The notes beneath the pieces are model-generated. The model made no database searches. It saw only the letters and a list, made by a program, of their open reading frames with translations, and was not told the origin of the DNA. The translations under genes were made by a program, and so were the position numbers. A stretch of DNA of 63,842 bases, filler included, from Folioceros fuciformis (lineage: Eukaryota), in assembly GCA_049999805.1 (NCBI GenBank). It is 10 parts of 10 records of this genome, joined end to end, with 100 filler letters (N's around TTAATTAATTAA, not from the genome) between each part and the next. Parts side by side here need not be neighbours in the genome. Positions count along the whole stretch, not along the records: positions 1 to 3,943 come from JBNGIO010001353.1; positions 4,044 to 18,614 come from JBNGIO010001354.1; 8 more parts are not named here. One strand, 5' to 3'. Below, in pieces: positions 1 through 10,708 of the stretch; the first letter of the stretch is position 1, and every line of letters begins with the position of its first letter.

Positions 1-683
1 CACCACCTCTCAATGCATTCCCCCCTATCCTTCAAACTCCACACACTCATAGGTCAATTTCGTGTTAGCTCCCACCACCTCTAGATTGAGACTGACCGTT
101 GGCTCAAGCCTACCCCTCCCCAGGATGAAAGGATCTACAAGATTTGCTCCTTGAATCCTGAATCTGAATCACACTTCCGCTTTTATTGTTCTTGCCTATG
201 TCGATATTCGGTCTCGTTACTCTCTTCTTGTTGAGTGTGCCAGCTTCTCACTGTGCAGATTTTTTTCTTTCCACATTCTTAGGCTCTTTGGACTATGTCT
301 CTCTGACCTTCATTTTTTTCTTTCCACATTCTTAGGCTCTTTGGACTATGTCTCTATGAGCTTCTTAATCTTCAACAGTCCTTGTTGGACTCTTTGTAGT
401 CTTCGCCTTCTTTTCTCCTTGTTGGACTCTTTGTAGTCTTCGCCTTCTTTTCTGTTTCCCTTATACAAGGTACTGCTTCTCTAGTTCAGAATTATAAAAG
501 TGTATTCAGTTTTTAAACCTCTTTGGACTCCTTGTAGTCTTCGCCTTCTTTTCTGTTTCCCTTAGTACTTCTCTAGTTTAGACGTAGGAAAGTCTATTCA
601 GTTTTTAAACCTCTTTTACGATGTACTATTTCTGTCCCATGATGGTTCTCCTGTCCTTAGCGGACATAAAAAGTTGTTGTTGT
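1..683 (+). mobile_element. 3' end of a degenerate non-LTR retrotransposon (C-terminal cysteine-rich region, 3' UTR, short (TTG)n tail)
   Basis: Frame 1 from base 1 reads ...GQFRVSSHHL*IETDRW...DERIYKICSLNPESESHFRFYC, matching the 'FRxSSHxLxIETGRW..ERxCxxC..ExExHFxFxC' C-terminus of RTE-X/L2-like LINEs, with an in-frame stop. It is followed by local duplications (259-355, 380-455) and AAAAGTTGTTGTTGT at about 669-683. Confidence 0.65.
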
Positions 684-2556
684 ATGACCTTCAATTCAGG
701 TCTCTACCTAAACCTTAGCATACCTTCGTTCTAGCCAGGTACACCTCGCTAAGTTAGACGGCAGATTCCTGCAGTGTACAGGACACGGGAATGGGAACAT
801 CCGGTGTAAACCAAGCACTGGGTTTGCGCCAAGCCAAGTGATGTGGTATCAAGCCAAACGGGCGGATATCGTTCAACAGAAAATTAAGACAGAAGTCCGT
901 ACCAGCCGAGCCACACAGTCCACGCACGTTTGCGTGATGCACGAGGGAGAGGGGTTTCCTTGGGCCGTGGTAGATCATGCCGATGGATCTGTCTCCTGTA
1001 CACAAGTGCGCAGCAATGTGGTCCTTCAAGCCTTGTTGGTGGGCCTGGGAGTTCCTTCCATGGTGGATCGGGTAGGGGCAAGAAGGGAAGCCTCTCGCCA
1101 GTAACTATTCCTCTGCACAATCATCATGTTAAGCAGATGCGCGTTGTTCTTGGCGCGCTGTCGGGACATCTTCCGGGGTCTTACCGCCGTATAGTGCCCA
1201 TGCCCGTGCGTGGAACGCACGCACTTCGTCTGCAGAACGAGGCTGACCACCGCAGGCGAAGCTCCAGGCTGGTGGCGGGCGTCCCGATGCTTGGGAGAAG
1301 AGCCCCGGGTGCTTGTCGAGATTCCAGAAGTAGTGGGGCATGGTGCTGGGAATTCGAAGGTGCTCATAATCGGGACTCTGCAGCTGGTTATCCCTACTTC
1401 CAGAAGGACAGAACAAAGGTTTCATCTCCCACCAGCTTGGCTCGCAAGGATCCTCCCGTACAAGAAGGTGAACCTGCTCAGCCGGCTCTCAAGGTCATGC
1501 TCGTTCCACAGCAGTTAGAAGCCCAACAAGCAAGAACAGTAGCGGCAGCCAATTGCAGTGCTGTTATAAGCTTGTGAGCACATGCGTATGAGAGTAGCAG
1601 CGTTGAAGCGGGAAGAAAGCCCAGCTGTTGCGCACAATGTACATCGCGGTTGGTGCTGCTGCTGCTACCAATGTCCCGAGCCATGGAAGCCTTGAATTCC
1701 CACTGCAGTCTAGAGGAGCTGGAAGCCAGCGTGGGTAGGCCCATGTGCGATTTCAACTTCACCAGAGGAACCAAACTAGCAACATCCAGCGCTCCGAAAC
1801 ATTTGCTTGCAGAAATCAAGCATCCCACAGTCCATCCATACGAGAACCTACCGCTCTGCTGGGTCGCCTTGATGGCCTTGATGTGGTGGACCTACCACCT
1901 GCACAACCAACGCAACCAATGTGCACCTTGAATTCGCTGTGCGCCTGCAACATGCAACATCGATCCAGGCTGCTTCCTGTCCTTTCCAAATCGCTTGCAC
2001 AGACGGCAGAGAGAGCGCATGACAAAAATCCTCCAGCAAGAAATCATCGTCAGACAATCTTCAGGTGCTGAAACTCAGTTTCGAGTCACTCGTTCCTGCA
2101 CCGGATGTCCTAGAAACCATCATTGTCTACCAACTTGACATCGTCGATGTCGGTTTCTGTTGTACGTGTCCTTATTCTCCTGGATGACGTCCCTCACAGC
2201 CTTCGGAGCCTGTCAAGGTATGGTGTATTTCCAGCGTCGCAGGTACTACGATACCCTCGGTGGTTTTTTTTTCCGTCACAATCTCGTATCACATCGAAAC
2301 ACACGAAGTTTAAGTAGCAGAGCTGCTTGAGAGCCTGTTCATCCGCAATCGGCAGGAACGCTGCATGGCAGGTTGCCATACAAATGCTTGTGCAGCTAGA
2401 ACTCTCCGAAAGCTGTAATAGCCTCCTTCGGATATTGTGTACAGTCGGACAGAAAAAGCAGACACTTCTTGTCGGCTGAGCCGGTTCTCACTGCTCGACA
2501 AAGGCGGAAAAGCTGAACTGCAAAGGAGCCACTGGATCACCTCCCAACCCGATTAC

Positions 2557-2618
2557 CCTTGCTCCTTGTCCCGGAAGTCGAGGGATCCCTTGCTCCTTGT
2601 CCCGGAAGTCGAGGGATC
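2557..2618. repeat. 31-bp tandem duplication (CCCTTGCTCCTTGTCCCGGAAGTCGAGGGAT x2)
   Basis: Two adjacent identical copies read directly from the sequence. Confidence 0.85.
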
Positions 2619-3516
2619 GTGAATAACTAACTGCCGGACACTTCGCTCAGCCACCTGGTGGGACGCTTTGTATTCAACTTCCCACACCTAGGCCACGGAA
2701 ACATTCAAAAACAACGGAAACTCAAGCGTTCAAACAGACCGTTCGATTCTGCCGTTAGGTTTTACGAAATGTATAAGAGCGGTCCCGGTGATTGCACTAA
2801 TTCACTTTCGTGGTGTCGGTACTCCGAGCCCGCATCGTCCTCTGAAGTCTCCTCTGTGCTGCACTGTCGTCTTCCGCAGGCCGCCACCAGCAGCAGATGC
2901 TCTTCCCATTTGCATTCCCGCGTCCACATTCAGCGAGATCTATAAGTTTGAGTACCTCCTGAGCCGATCGACTGCACGGACTGCCTGTGGTTTATCTATC
3001 TCCAGGATGTGAGTACAAGTCCACTAATCATACTTGGTTTGATTCGCATTTTGCATTTGCGTTTTGAATGTACTAGTCTCTGAACCTTGGAGCAGGTTGC
3101 GAGAATGCAGACCACTGGACCGATGCTATCCAGCACATCCATCTCACTTCAGCTATATCTAACTCTGATGCTCTTATCCCTTTGTGCAGTTTGAGACAGA
3201 CACTTTGAGGAATCATGGCGAATCATTTGATGATGTTAAGCTTGTTGTGTAGTTTGGGATACTTAGTCTACGTGCTAATGATGGCTGGCTGGGTTCCCTC
3301 TGGGAACAGGATTGAAGAGATTTTGATAATCTTTGTCATAGAATGGATACTGCTGATGATCGCAGAAAGGTCCATCATGCACTTCTTTCACTTTATCATA
3401 TCATGGATCATGTCTGGAGTAATCTTACTCAATCTAGACAAAATAGTTTGGTTTATCATGCAAGTCATTACATGGCGACACCAACAAGGAGCTCTTCCAG
3501 TAGGAGCAGAAACCGA

Positions 3517-3598
3517 GTGAAGCCTCTAAGGTTCGATCTAAGTACATAGCATGAAGCCTCTCTAAGTACATAGCATGAAGCCTCTAAGTACATAGCAT
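3517..3598. repeat. 22-24 bp minisatellite (AAGTACATAGCATGAAGCCTCT), about 3 copies
   Basis: Repeated unit visible; it gives the repeated EASCYVL peptide in ORF 3468..3722. Confidence 0.8.
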
Positions 3599-3943
3599 TA
3601 TGTTCAAGTATATATAGTTGGAGGTGGAGAAGTGATAATACATACTTTTTTAGAAGTAAAATTTTTTTTTCTTTCACTTGATACAATTTTGTACATATTT
3701 TTTTTATACAATAGTTGTACATAAATTTCGATCAATATTGAATATTGTTTTTTACTGCAAATAATAAAATTTTTATAATATACATTTAATATAATATAAT
3801 AGTTTAAATTAAATTATTAAATTATTTTAATTATGCATGTATCAAACCAGTCTCACAAAGCTATTCTTTATTATCTTGAAATTAGGCAGTAAAAAACAAA
3901 AAACGTACATAAACTTGGAAAAAAATCTCTAAATATGTGTAGA

Positions 3944-4043
3944 NNNNNNNNNNNNNNNNNNNNNNNNNNNNNNNNNNNNNNNNNNNNTTAATTAATTAAN
4001 NNNNNNNNNNNNNNNNNNNNNNNNNNNNNNNNNNNNNNNNNNN
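3944..4043. other. Artificial scaffold linker (44N-TTAATTAATTAA-44N). Identical linkers at 18615-18714, 21479-21578, 28107-28206, 38653-38752, 46028-46127, 57198-57297, 60259-60358 and 62290-62389
   Basis: The same 100-bp structure occurs nine times; TTAATTAATTAA puts stop codons in all six frames. Confidence 0.97.
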
Positions 4044-4539
4044 ATATAAATTCTAGCATATATACTATTATTGGCGTATGTAAAAAATTACATAAAAAGT
4101 GCTATTGATTGATAGTTTGCCTAATTGAAAAGTAGTTTCTCTTAGTTATGGAAGTTGAAAGAAGTCTTTTGTACAAGAACCATTTTGAACAAATCTTATC
4201 CTTTTTTCTCAACCACAATAACATATGACCTCTATTGTTGAACTCTTTCTACAATAACACTTCTAAGTATGTAGCATAGTTCTAACTGCTACTAAATAGC
4301 AATTGCCTTGTTATGAACTAAAATTTTTTAACCTTTGGAGCAGACCTCGAGTTCTCAAAAATGGCATGCTCTTCTCTTAGTGCTCATAGACTCTTCGACA
4401 TCATCAGGTCCTTCACTAAGAAGGCCATCTTAGCTAATTACATAACTACCTCATATTTCAACTGGTTATGAGAGTTTATCTATCCTCCCATTCACCTAAT
4501 ATTGTTTTTTTTTCCTAATCTTGTATTTACACTTGATTC

Positions 4540-6300
4540 CTTGTTGATCCTTGTTCCTAGGGTGTTACATGATTCCAAATTATGAATTTCTGTTAGGTTT
4601 GAGAAATGGTTGAGATGAGGCTCTTCTTTTATTGTGGGTGTATGGCTTTGTCCGTTGCTTGGTGTTGGTGTCTATAGAGTAGCTATGGCCGCTATTGTGA
4701 CATCCTCCTCCCCTTAAGAGAGGTCAAGTCCTTTTGATTGTTGATGAGGCTATGGAGTTGCGGGAAATGTAGGCAAACGCTACAATATGTTGGCTCCTAG
4801 GCTGCAATATTGTCCAATTCGTGTATCCAATATTGGATACGCCATATAGGATTCTCTTGTTCATGAAGGAACAAGAGAATCCTACACAAGTACTTGAGAT
4901 CAAAGTTGTCGTTCATGATGTTGGAGGATCTTGTTTGGGAGCTCGGTGCTAGGAAAAGGCGTCAGCTATTGTTTCAAGATTGGGTGGTGATGAGGGGCTA
5001 GGTTTGCAGGCCCTAGGTATCAGACATGGGAAGAGATGTCGGGAAGTTGTGACAGGTTCTAGTTTGGGAACTTGAGTATAATTATGTCAAGGTTAGTGGG
5101 GGACAGTGTTGGGAGGTTGGAAATATATGGGTTGGAATAGTAGATGTGTTAGTTGGGAAGTAGGCAGAGTTGGTGGGTTGTAGGATGGATTTGCTTGGTT
5201 CTGCAAAAGGGGCATTCGTATTCATAAGTGAGCTTTAATTTTTGTTGAGGAAGGTTTGGGTATTGGTCTGGCTTGAGTCGGAGCTACACCTCTTGTCCAC
5301 ACTTCATATTTGATGCCTCATTGTTGTTTCTTTGCAAATTTCTTGTATATTTGTGTGCTTCTCACACAAATATACAAGAAATTGGTTTTACATTTGGTTT
5401 TCCAAGCCTTGGAAAACCTTGCAACCTCATAGTTGATTGTGAAGTGGTCACACTTACCCATTGTTGTTGTAGGTTCCTGAATTCTTCGTCGTAAGTGTGG
5501 CCAACTTTCTCAATCAGCTCGTAGTAAGGGAAGCCTTTCCAGGCTCTGTGCCCAAATGGATGAATTGAGTTAGTAAGAAGAAATGAACCAACAGTGGTGA
5601 TAATTTCCGTTACATGCTACTTCGTGACATTGTTCCTCCTGTAAACACTTTCAAGGGACCTAAAGAGAACTTTGACCTCAGTGATCAGGATCGCGATCTC
5701 ATTATGTGACCTAAAGAGGATGACCACTAACTTGTTCGTAGCACAAGAGTAGAAACAATGGCACTACACAAAGTAAGGAAAAATAGAGGACTTCCACACT
5801 CTTCAAGTCACACACCAGGCCTACTTATAATCCCTAGTCTACCCCTTAGCAACAAATACATTTAAGTTCATTAACGGCGCCATTGATGAGAAAGAAAAAT
5901 ATAGGTGCCCCTTTCAATGCAATAGTTAGCAAAGGTGGGACCTTTTGCTTACTTATAGCTTCCCTTGTTGTAAAAACCTAATCTTGTATAAAGGTTTCCA
6001 GGAGGTTTATACAAATCTTCGTCAATTAAATGGATGCGGCTCCATTTGCACCACTTGGCACCGTTTCTTCTTTTATCTTGCTTGCACCGACTACTTTCCT
6101 TTTGGTGTGTCGATCTTGAATAGGTTGCTCCTTGATGGTCTAGGTTCTTATCTCTTTCCTTTGCTTGATTTCTATCACTTGCAAATGCGCTCCGGCAATC
6201 TCCACCCTCCCTCAATACCTTGAGACCTATATGATTCTCCTCAAATCATATTGTAGTTGTAAGTCCTAAACTATAATGTTCACTTTAGGCAACTTGTTGG
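4540..6300 (-). mobile_element. Degenerate LTR-retrotransposon remnant(s)
   Basis: The minus strand has a polypurine tract AAGGGGAGGAGGA followed by TGTCACA (plus-strand 4696-4715), the typical PPT/LTR junction. Surrounding sequence has no intact ORF, and boundaries are uncertain. Confidence 0.4.
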
Positions 6301-6518
6301 ATATACCTTCAGTTCTTTTTCTATTAAAAGGACATAAAAATATTAAAAACAAATTTCACCAATTTATTTCGAGGTTTACTATGAAGCTTTGCTTGCTAGT
6401 TGTGCTAACTTAGTTGCTTGTGTTTGTGTAGTTGTGTGAAATCATAAAGTGTGACAAGGATTGTGTGAGAAGTCACAAAGTGTGACAAAGATTCTTAAAG
6501 TGAGAGCATAAGTGCTAT

Positions 6519-7036
6519 AGAGAGGTCCTCATCATCCATTATCCCCTCAAAGAACTCTCACACTTAGCAACTAAGGATTTGAATGTATGTTCAAGGTCCC
6601 ACCATAAAGAGGTCCTCATCCATCATCTCCCTAGAAGAACTCACACACATACACTTAGCAACTAAAAACTCTCATGCTTAGCAAGTAAGGATTTGAATAT
6701 ACTTTCAAAGAGGTCCTCATCATCCATTTACTCCCCAAAAGAACTCTCACATTTACACGTAGCAGCTAAAAGCTCTCATGCTTAGCAAGTAAGGATCTGA
6801 ATATACTTTTAGGTCGCACCATATAGAGGTCCTCATCATCTATTATCTCCTAAGAAGAACTCTCACGCTTAACAGTTAAGACTTTGACACTTAGTAACCA
6901 AGGATATGAATATACTTTTTAGGTTCCACAATAAAGAGGTCCTCATCATCCATTATCTCCTAAGAAGAACTCTCACACTTAGCAGCTAAGAACTTTGACA
7001 CTAAGCAACTAAAGATCTGAATATACTTTCTAGGTC
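6519..7036. repeat. Diverged tandem repeat, 5 units of about 87-117 bp, each starting AGAGGTCCTCATCATCCATT
   Basis: Unit starts near 6521, 6608, 6709, 6825 and 6935. The whole unit (GAACTCTCAC, CTTAGCA, GGATTTGAATATAC) is repeated, with internal sub-duplications. Confidence 0.85.
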
Positions 7037-7041
7037 ATATC

Positions 7042-7105
7042 TCGCACATTGTTCTCTTAGAGTAGAGGACAGCGCACATTGTTCTCTTAGAGTAGAGAAC
7101 AGCGC
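7042..7105. repeat. 30-bp tandem duplication (CGCACATTGTTCTCTTAGAGTAGAG.ACAG x2)
   Basis: Direct reading. Confidence 0.8.
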
Positions 7106-7543
7106 ATCACTACATGTCAGGATCAGGATCGATTCCACTAGGATGATGTGGTTATGTGATAAGGTGAATAAAATAAAAGAGATGAAAATCGACTAAAGAT
7201 AAGGTTTTCGTCTTAGACTTGTACTAAAAAAGACTTGCATCTAAGAGTAGGATGCTTAACCACGAAGTTGTTACAAAAGTTGTTTGCCCCATTCTGACCT
7301 AGGTTAGTTGTAGAATGGAGCCGCAGAACATGAGCCCACACATGCACACACTCCTCGCCCGATGTGTCGGGTACGAGATTTGTAGGCATCCCTTGTACAC
7401 AGAAGCTGTTTGGTGAGTGCTTTGGTTGCGAATGAATGGACGAGGGCGCGAGATTGTGTGAAATCCGGTATGCCTCGGCTGCGATGAGAGATTCCGCGCG
7501 GTCTCAGCCTTCGCACAGCTTCCCAGAATCTCGACAGTGGTCA

Positions 7544-8665
7544 TCACACATGCTTGGCGTCTGGATCCGGCCTGCCTTCCGTGAAATGAACTACACAGTC
7601 GTAGAGCTTGGAGCCCAGGAAGTCCGCCACCTCGGGATGCTTCACCACGGCCACCTTAAGGGCATCGCATGTGAAGCGCGCGTGCAGGTTGGTCTCGATG
7701 CCTCTGCCCATGCCCACCAGAACCACGAGCTCCGCATCCCCTGCGGCGTAAGCGAGCTCGGGGGAAACCTGCCCCATGTCGATGACGGGGAGGTCATTCC
7801 CGGAGTTTACCACGCCGAGCCTCTGGGCCTCATCCTCCCCCAGCCCCAGCGCGCCCGATGTCCGCAAGCCCGCCACCAGCTCCACCAGCTCCTGGTAGGT
7901 GATGTCGTTGATGGAGGGCAGGTCGTTGGCGGCAAGCACTACGTGGGCGCCACTACGGAGCAGCTCCCGGGCGAGAGGTAGCACTCCCAGCACCACATCC
8001 GCCCCGGCGTTGTCCACCAAGATCACCACCTTCTTCCAGATTCCTCTGGCCCGCCGCTCCTGGAGAAGATGGAGGTCGTCGATCACCCACGGTCGGGGGG
8101 CCAGGAACCCGGCGCAGCGGTGGAAGGAGATGCCGCCGCCGTCGGCAGTGTATTCCGCGGCCAGGGCGGCTGCCCCCAGGTCGAACACATTCCCGCACAG
8201 CACGCCGCGAACCAGGTGCTCCAGGCGGGAAGTCTGGTCGGGAATGGCGTCCGCGGAGGCCAGCACCGAGGGGAGGAGGGACAGGGCTTTATGGGTCTCC
8301 GAGTTCTTGATGGCGCGGAAGATGTCCTGGAAGCCCACCTCTCGCAGGCAGAGCTCGCGGAGGCGGCACAACAGGATGCAGTCCGGGGGCCCGCCGTGGT
8401 TCAACGGGTCCTGCTCCAAATCCCACAGCATCGCCTCATAGCGCGCGCGGAAGCGAGCTGCCCGCTCCCCGGCGTCCGGAATTGTTGGGTCTTGTGCCGC
8501 CCGCTCTGTGAAGGTGACATTTGAGTTGCGAAAGAGGCGCAGCCACACTAGCTCCGTCGGGGTCGCCTCGCTTGGTGGGTCGCTCGCTTGCCTGTACGGG
8601 ATGGTGCACGCCTGGTAGCTCCGGTGCAGCAGCGGGAACCACACCGGGCTGGATGTGCGCTCCAT
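7544..8665 (-). CDS. DUF89/ARMT1-like damage-control phosphatase (stand-alone pantothenate-kinase C-terminal-domain type), intronless
   Basis: Motifs PPDCILLCRLRE, GNVFDLG, RPWVIDD, VDNAGAD, AANDLPSINDIT, GMGRGIETN and KHPEVA are typical of the plant DUF89 phosphatase. The first ATG is at 8665 (MERTSSP). Confidence 0.9.
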   Translation of the reverse strand: MERTSSPVWFPLLHRSYQACTIPYRQASDPPSEATPTELVWLRLFRNSNVTFTERAAQDPTIPDAGERAARFRARYEAMLWDLEQDPLNHGGPPDCILLCRLRELCLREVGFQDIFRAIKNSETHKALSLLPSVLASADAIPDQTSRLEHLVRGVLCGNVFDLGAAALAAEYTADGGGISFHRCAGFLAPRPWVIDDLHLLQERRARGIWKKVVILVDNAGADVVLGVLPLARELLRSGAHVVLAANDLPSINDITYQELVELVAGLRTSGALGLGEDEAQRLGVVNSGNDLPVIDMGQVSPELAYAAGDAELVVLVGMGRGIETNLHARFTCDALKVAVVKHPEVADFLGSKLYDCVVHFTEGRPDPDAKHV

Positions 8666-9123
8666 CCCTGCTTGCTCGCTTCCTGTGCCCGGCAAGATGT
8701 CCGTGAGCTTGGTGCTGGGGTGCGTGTGTCAGGAAGTGGTGGATTCTCTTGCTTATGAAGGTTTCAGGGCTAATGCGAGTGCGGCTAGCCTAGCCTAGGC
8801 TCCCGTTGGCAGATGGATGTTTCTCGCCTGCACAGATGTGTGGTCTTGGATATCTACTGCTGCGGTTTGGTTTCATGCACCCCGCATTTGTTCAGATTTG
8901 GCTTCTTCGATTCAGATGCGAGCTAGGGCACTGTTTAGAGGTACCTAGGACCTGCAAATATACAATATGCGGGGAATGACAGTCTTCGCATCCTCTGCTT
9001 CAGCATATGCAGCTGAGGCGAGAGAGATTCCGGTCACAGCGACAACAGTGCATCGTTGTAGTTTGGAGCCAATAATGCAGCTGCCTGCGCTTTCGGACCA
9101 GCCAGCGAGACCTCCTCCGTCAG

Positions 9124-9793
9124 CTAAATGGAACGCGCTGTTTGATGACCACGCACGACACAGTGCTGCCAATCTTGCTCTGGAGTGTGTTGAAGAGATG
9201 GAAAATCATGGGGTCAGCCACTGAGGCCACCTTCACTTCTGTCCTTGTGTGTTCTGCATGCAGCCACCGGGAGATTGAAGATGAGGCTCACCGGTATTTG
9301 AAGAGCCACCATGGCAGAAGGTATGCAGTCCAGCACTAAAATCGTCTATCGTTTGGTCAATGTTGGTCGGCACTCAGGCCGACAACATGAGCGGAAGGAT
9401 GGAACAAACTTGGCTTTTCCAGAGTTACATCTTAGGAAGGACGTCGTTGCCAACTGTCTGTAGGAGTCACGGTGACGCGGAGTGTGGGACGAGGAGTTCT
9501 CAACAGCTTACATCTGTTTCCCCTCTAAACGCAGTGTTATAGAAACTTTGGCAAATTTGTAACCCAGTAGATGGATGAGGAAGAGCTTCAGGATGATTAA
9601 GAAAGACTGCATCTGCTTCCAAGCTCCCTGCGTATCCAGGCAATTGCAAAAAGTGTTCACTCCTACCTCTTGGGCGATGGAAAGTGACAACATCTCCTCC
9701 AATCTCTCCAGTGTGCACTCCCAGGTGCCCGGAGAGATGAAATCAGGGAGCCACAATGCTGGGTGTGATCAAGCTGAGAAACTAGCTTTCGCG
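9124..9793 (+). pseudogene. Decayed PLS-PPR C-terminus (P2-L2-S2-E1-E2 plus partial DYW:KP-like domain)
   Basis: Across frameshifts and stops: KWNALFDDHARH..ALECVEEMENHGV / ATFTSVL..ACSH / LVNVGRHSGR / QTWLFQSYILGRTSLPTVCRSHGDAECG / KSVHSYLLGD / DNISSNLSSVHSQ / GCDQAEKLAFA. Confidence 0.7.
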
Positions 9794-10708
9794 GTGAAAA
9801 GTGGCAATTTCGTGTCAGCAAGTCTGGTTGCTGGTGGCATCGGAGGAGGAAGCAACTTCGGGACACAAGAGGGGAGAGGCAGGAAAGGAAAATCAAGGCA
9901 AGTTCATGGATGAAGAGTAGGGAGCAGGAAAAAAAAGGAAAGGAGAGTGCGAGGGAGGGATAAGCAACCAACAACGGCAGCACGCCGCAGACAGCATTTG
10001 ATGTGAGGAACACTAGGACAAGGATGGAAAACAACGACAGAACAGGTAAACAAAACGAGTAGCAGCACAGAAAAGCTATTATTTTTTTGCCTAGAGTGCA
10101 GGACTCATGATCACGTTGTTGGGGAACAACTATGCCAGCTCCTTGACCTTCAATAACGCGGGACACAGTCACCTTTAAAGGTGAAAAAAATTGGAAAGGA
10201 GACCCGTTGGAGGTAAGCTCCGGGAGAACGCGGCAGGGGTAGCTGGCGAACAACATATTGTACGATGTTAACAGAGCACCAGCCTCACAAGCCCATGGTC
10301 AGAGATGGGTTGCAAAAGTCGTAGTGCCTGGCGTGCCTGCAAGATGTAGGTGTGTGCAACACCTCCTCAGATCCCACTGGAATGGGCAACATGTCGCCAG
10401 AGACCAGCTGTCAATGCACTTGTCCACAGTCACCGTAAAAACGGTCCTGTCAAGCATAACCTGAGGCAGTATGTTCTTACTGCTCTTCACCCTGCTGAAG
10501 ACTTCATTAGTGCTGGCTTCTTACCACTTGGGCGTTATCGCGTCCTCGGTGTACTACTGATTCCATTCCAGTTTCGAGGGCTGCCTTGTAGTCAGTCATC
10601 CGGCTCCTAGAGCGGGTACCTCCTCGATGTCTTCGGGCATATCCTCCATCCCAAGAAAAATTCCTCCGTTCGTTCCACACTGTACCTCCGACGAGAAGGA
10701 AGAGCATG

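Noticed and set aside
3215..3520. 101-aa hydrophobic ORF as a membrane protein
   Set aside because: It lies in T-rich, repeat-adjacent sequence where hydrophobic ORFs arise by composition, and has no recognisable motif.
3988..3999. Recurrent palindrome TTAATTAATTAA as a biological motif
   Set aside because: It is always centred in 44+44 Ns, so it is an artificial linker.
6519..7036. CRISPR-like array (conserved ~20-bp head with variable spacing)
   Set aside because: The 'spacers' are homologous to one another, there are no cas genes, and the context is eukaryotic. It is an ordinary diverged tandem repeat.
7436..8524. Long plus-strand ORFs overlapping the DUF89 gene (likewise the antisense ORFs over the PPR, NMD3 and 19.3-20.5 kb)
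   Set aside because: These are shadow ORFs caused by high GC or codon bias of the real gene on the opposite strand.
9663..10256. 197-aa ORF with a hydrophobic stretch
   Set aside because: Non-ATG start, antisense to purine-rich low-complexity sequence, and overlapping the PPR pseudogene; likely spurious.
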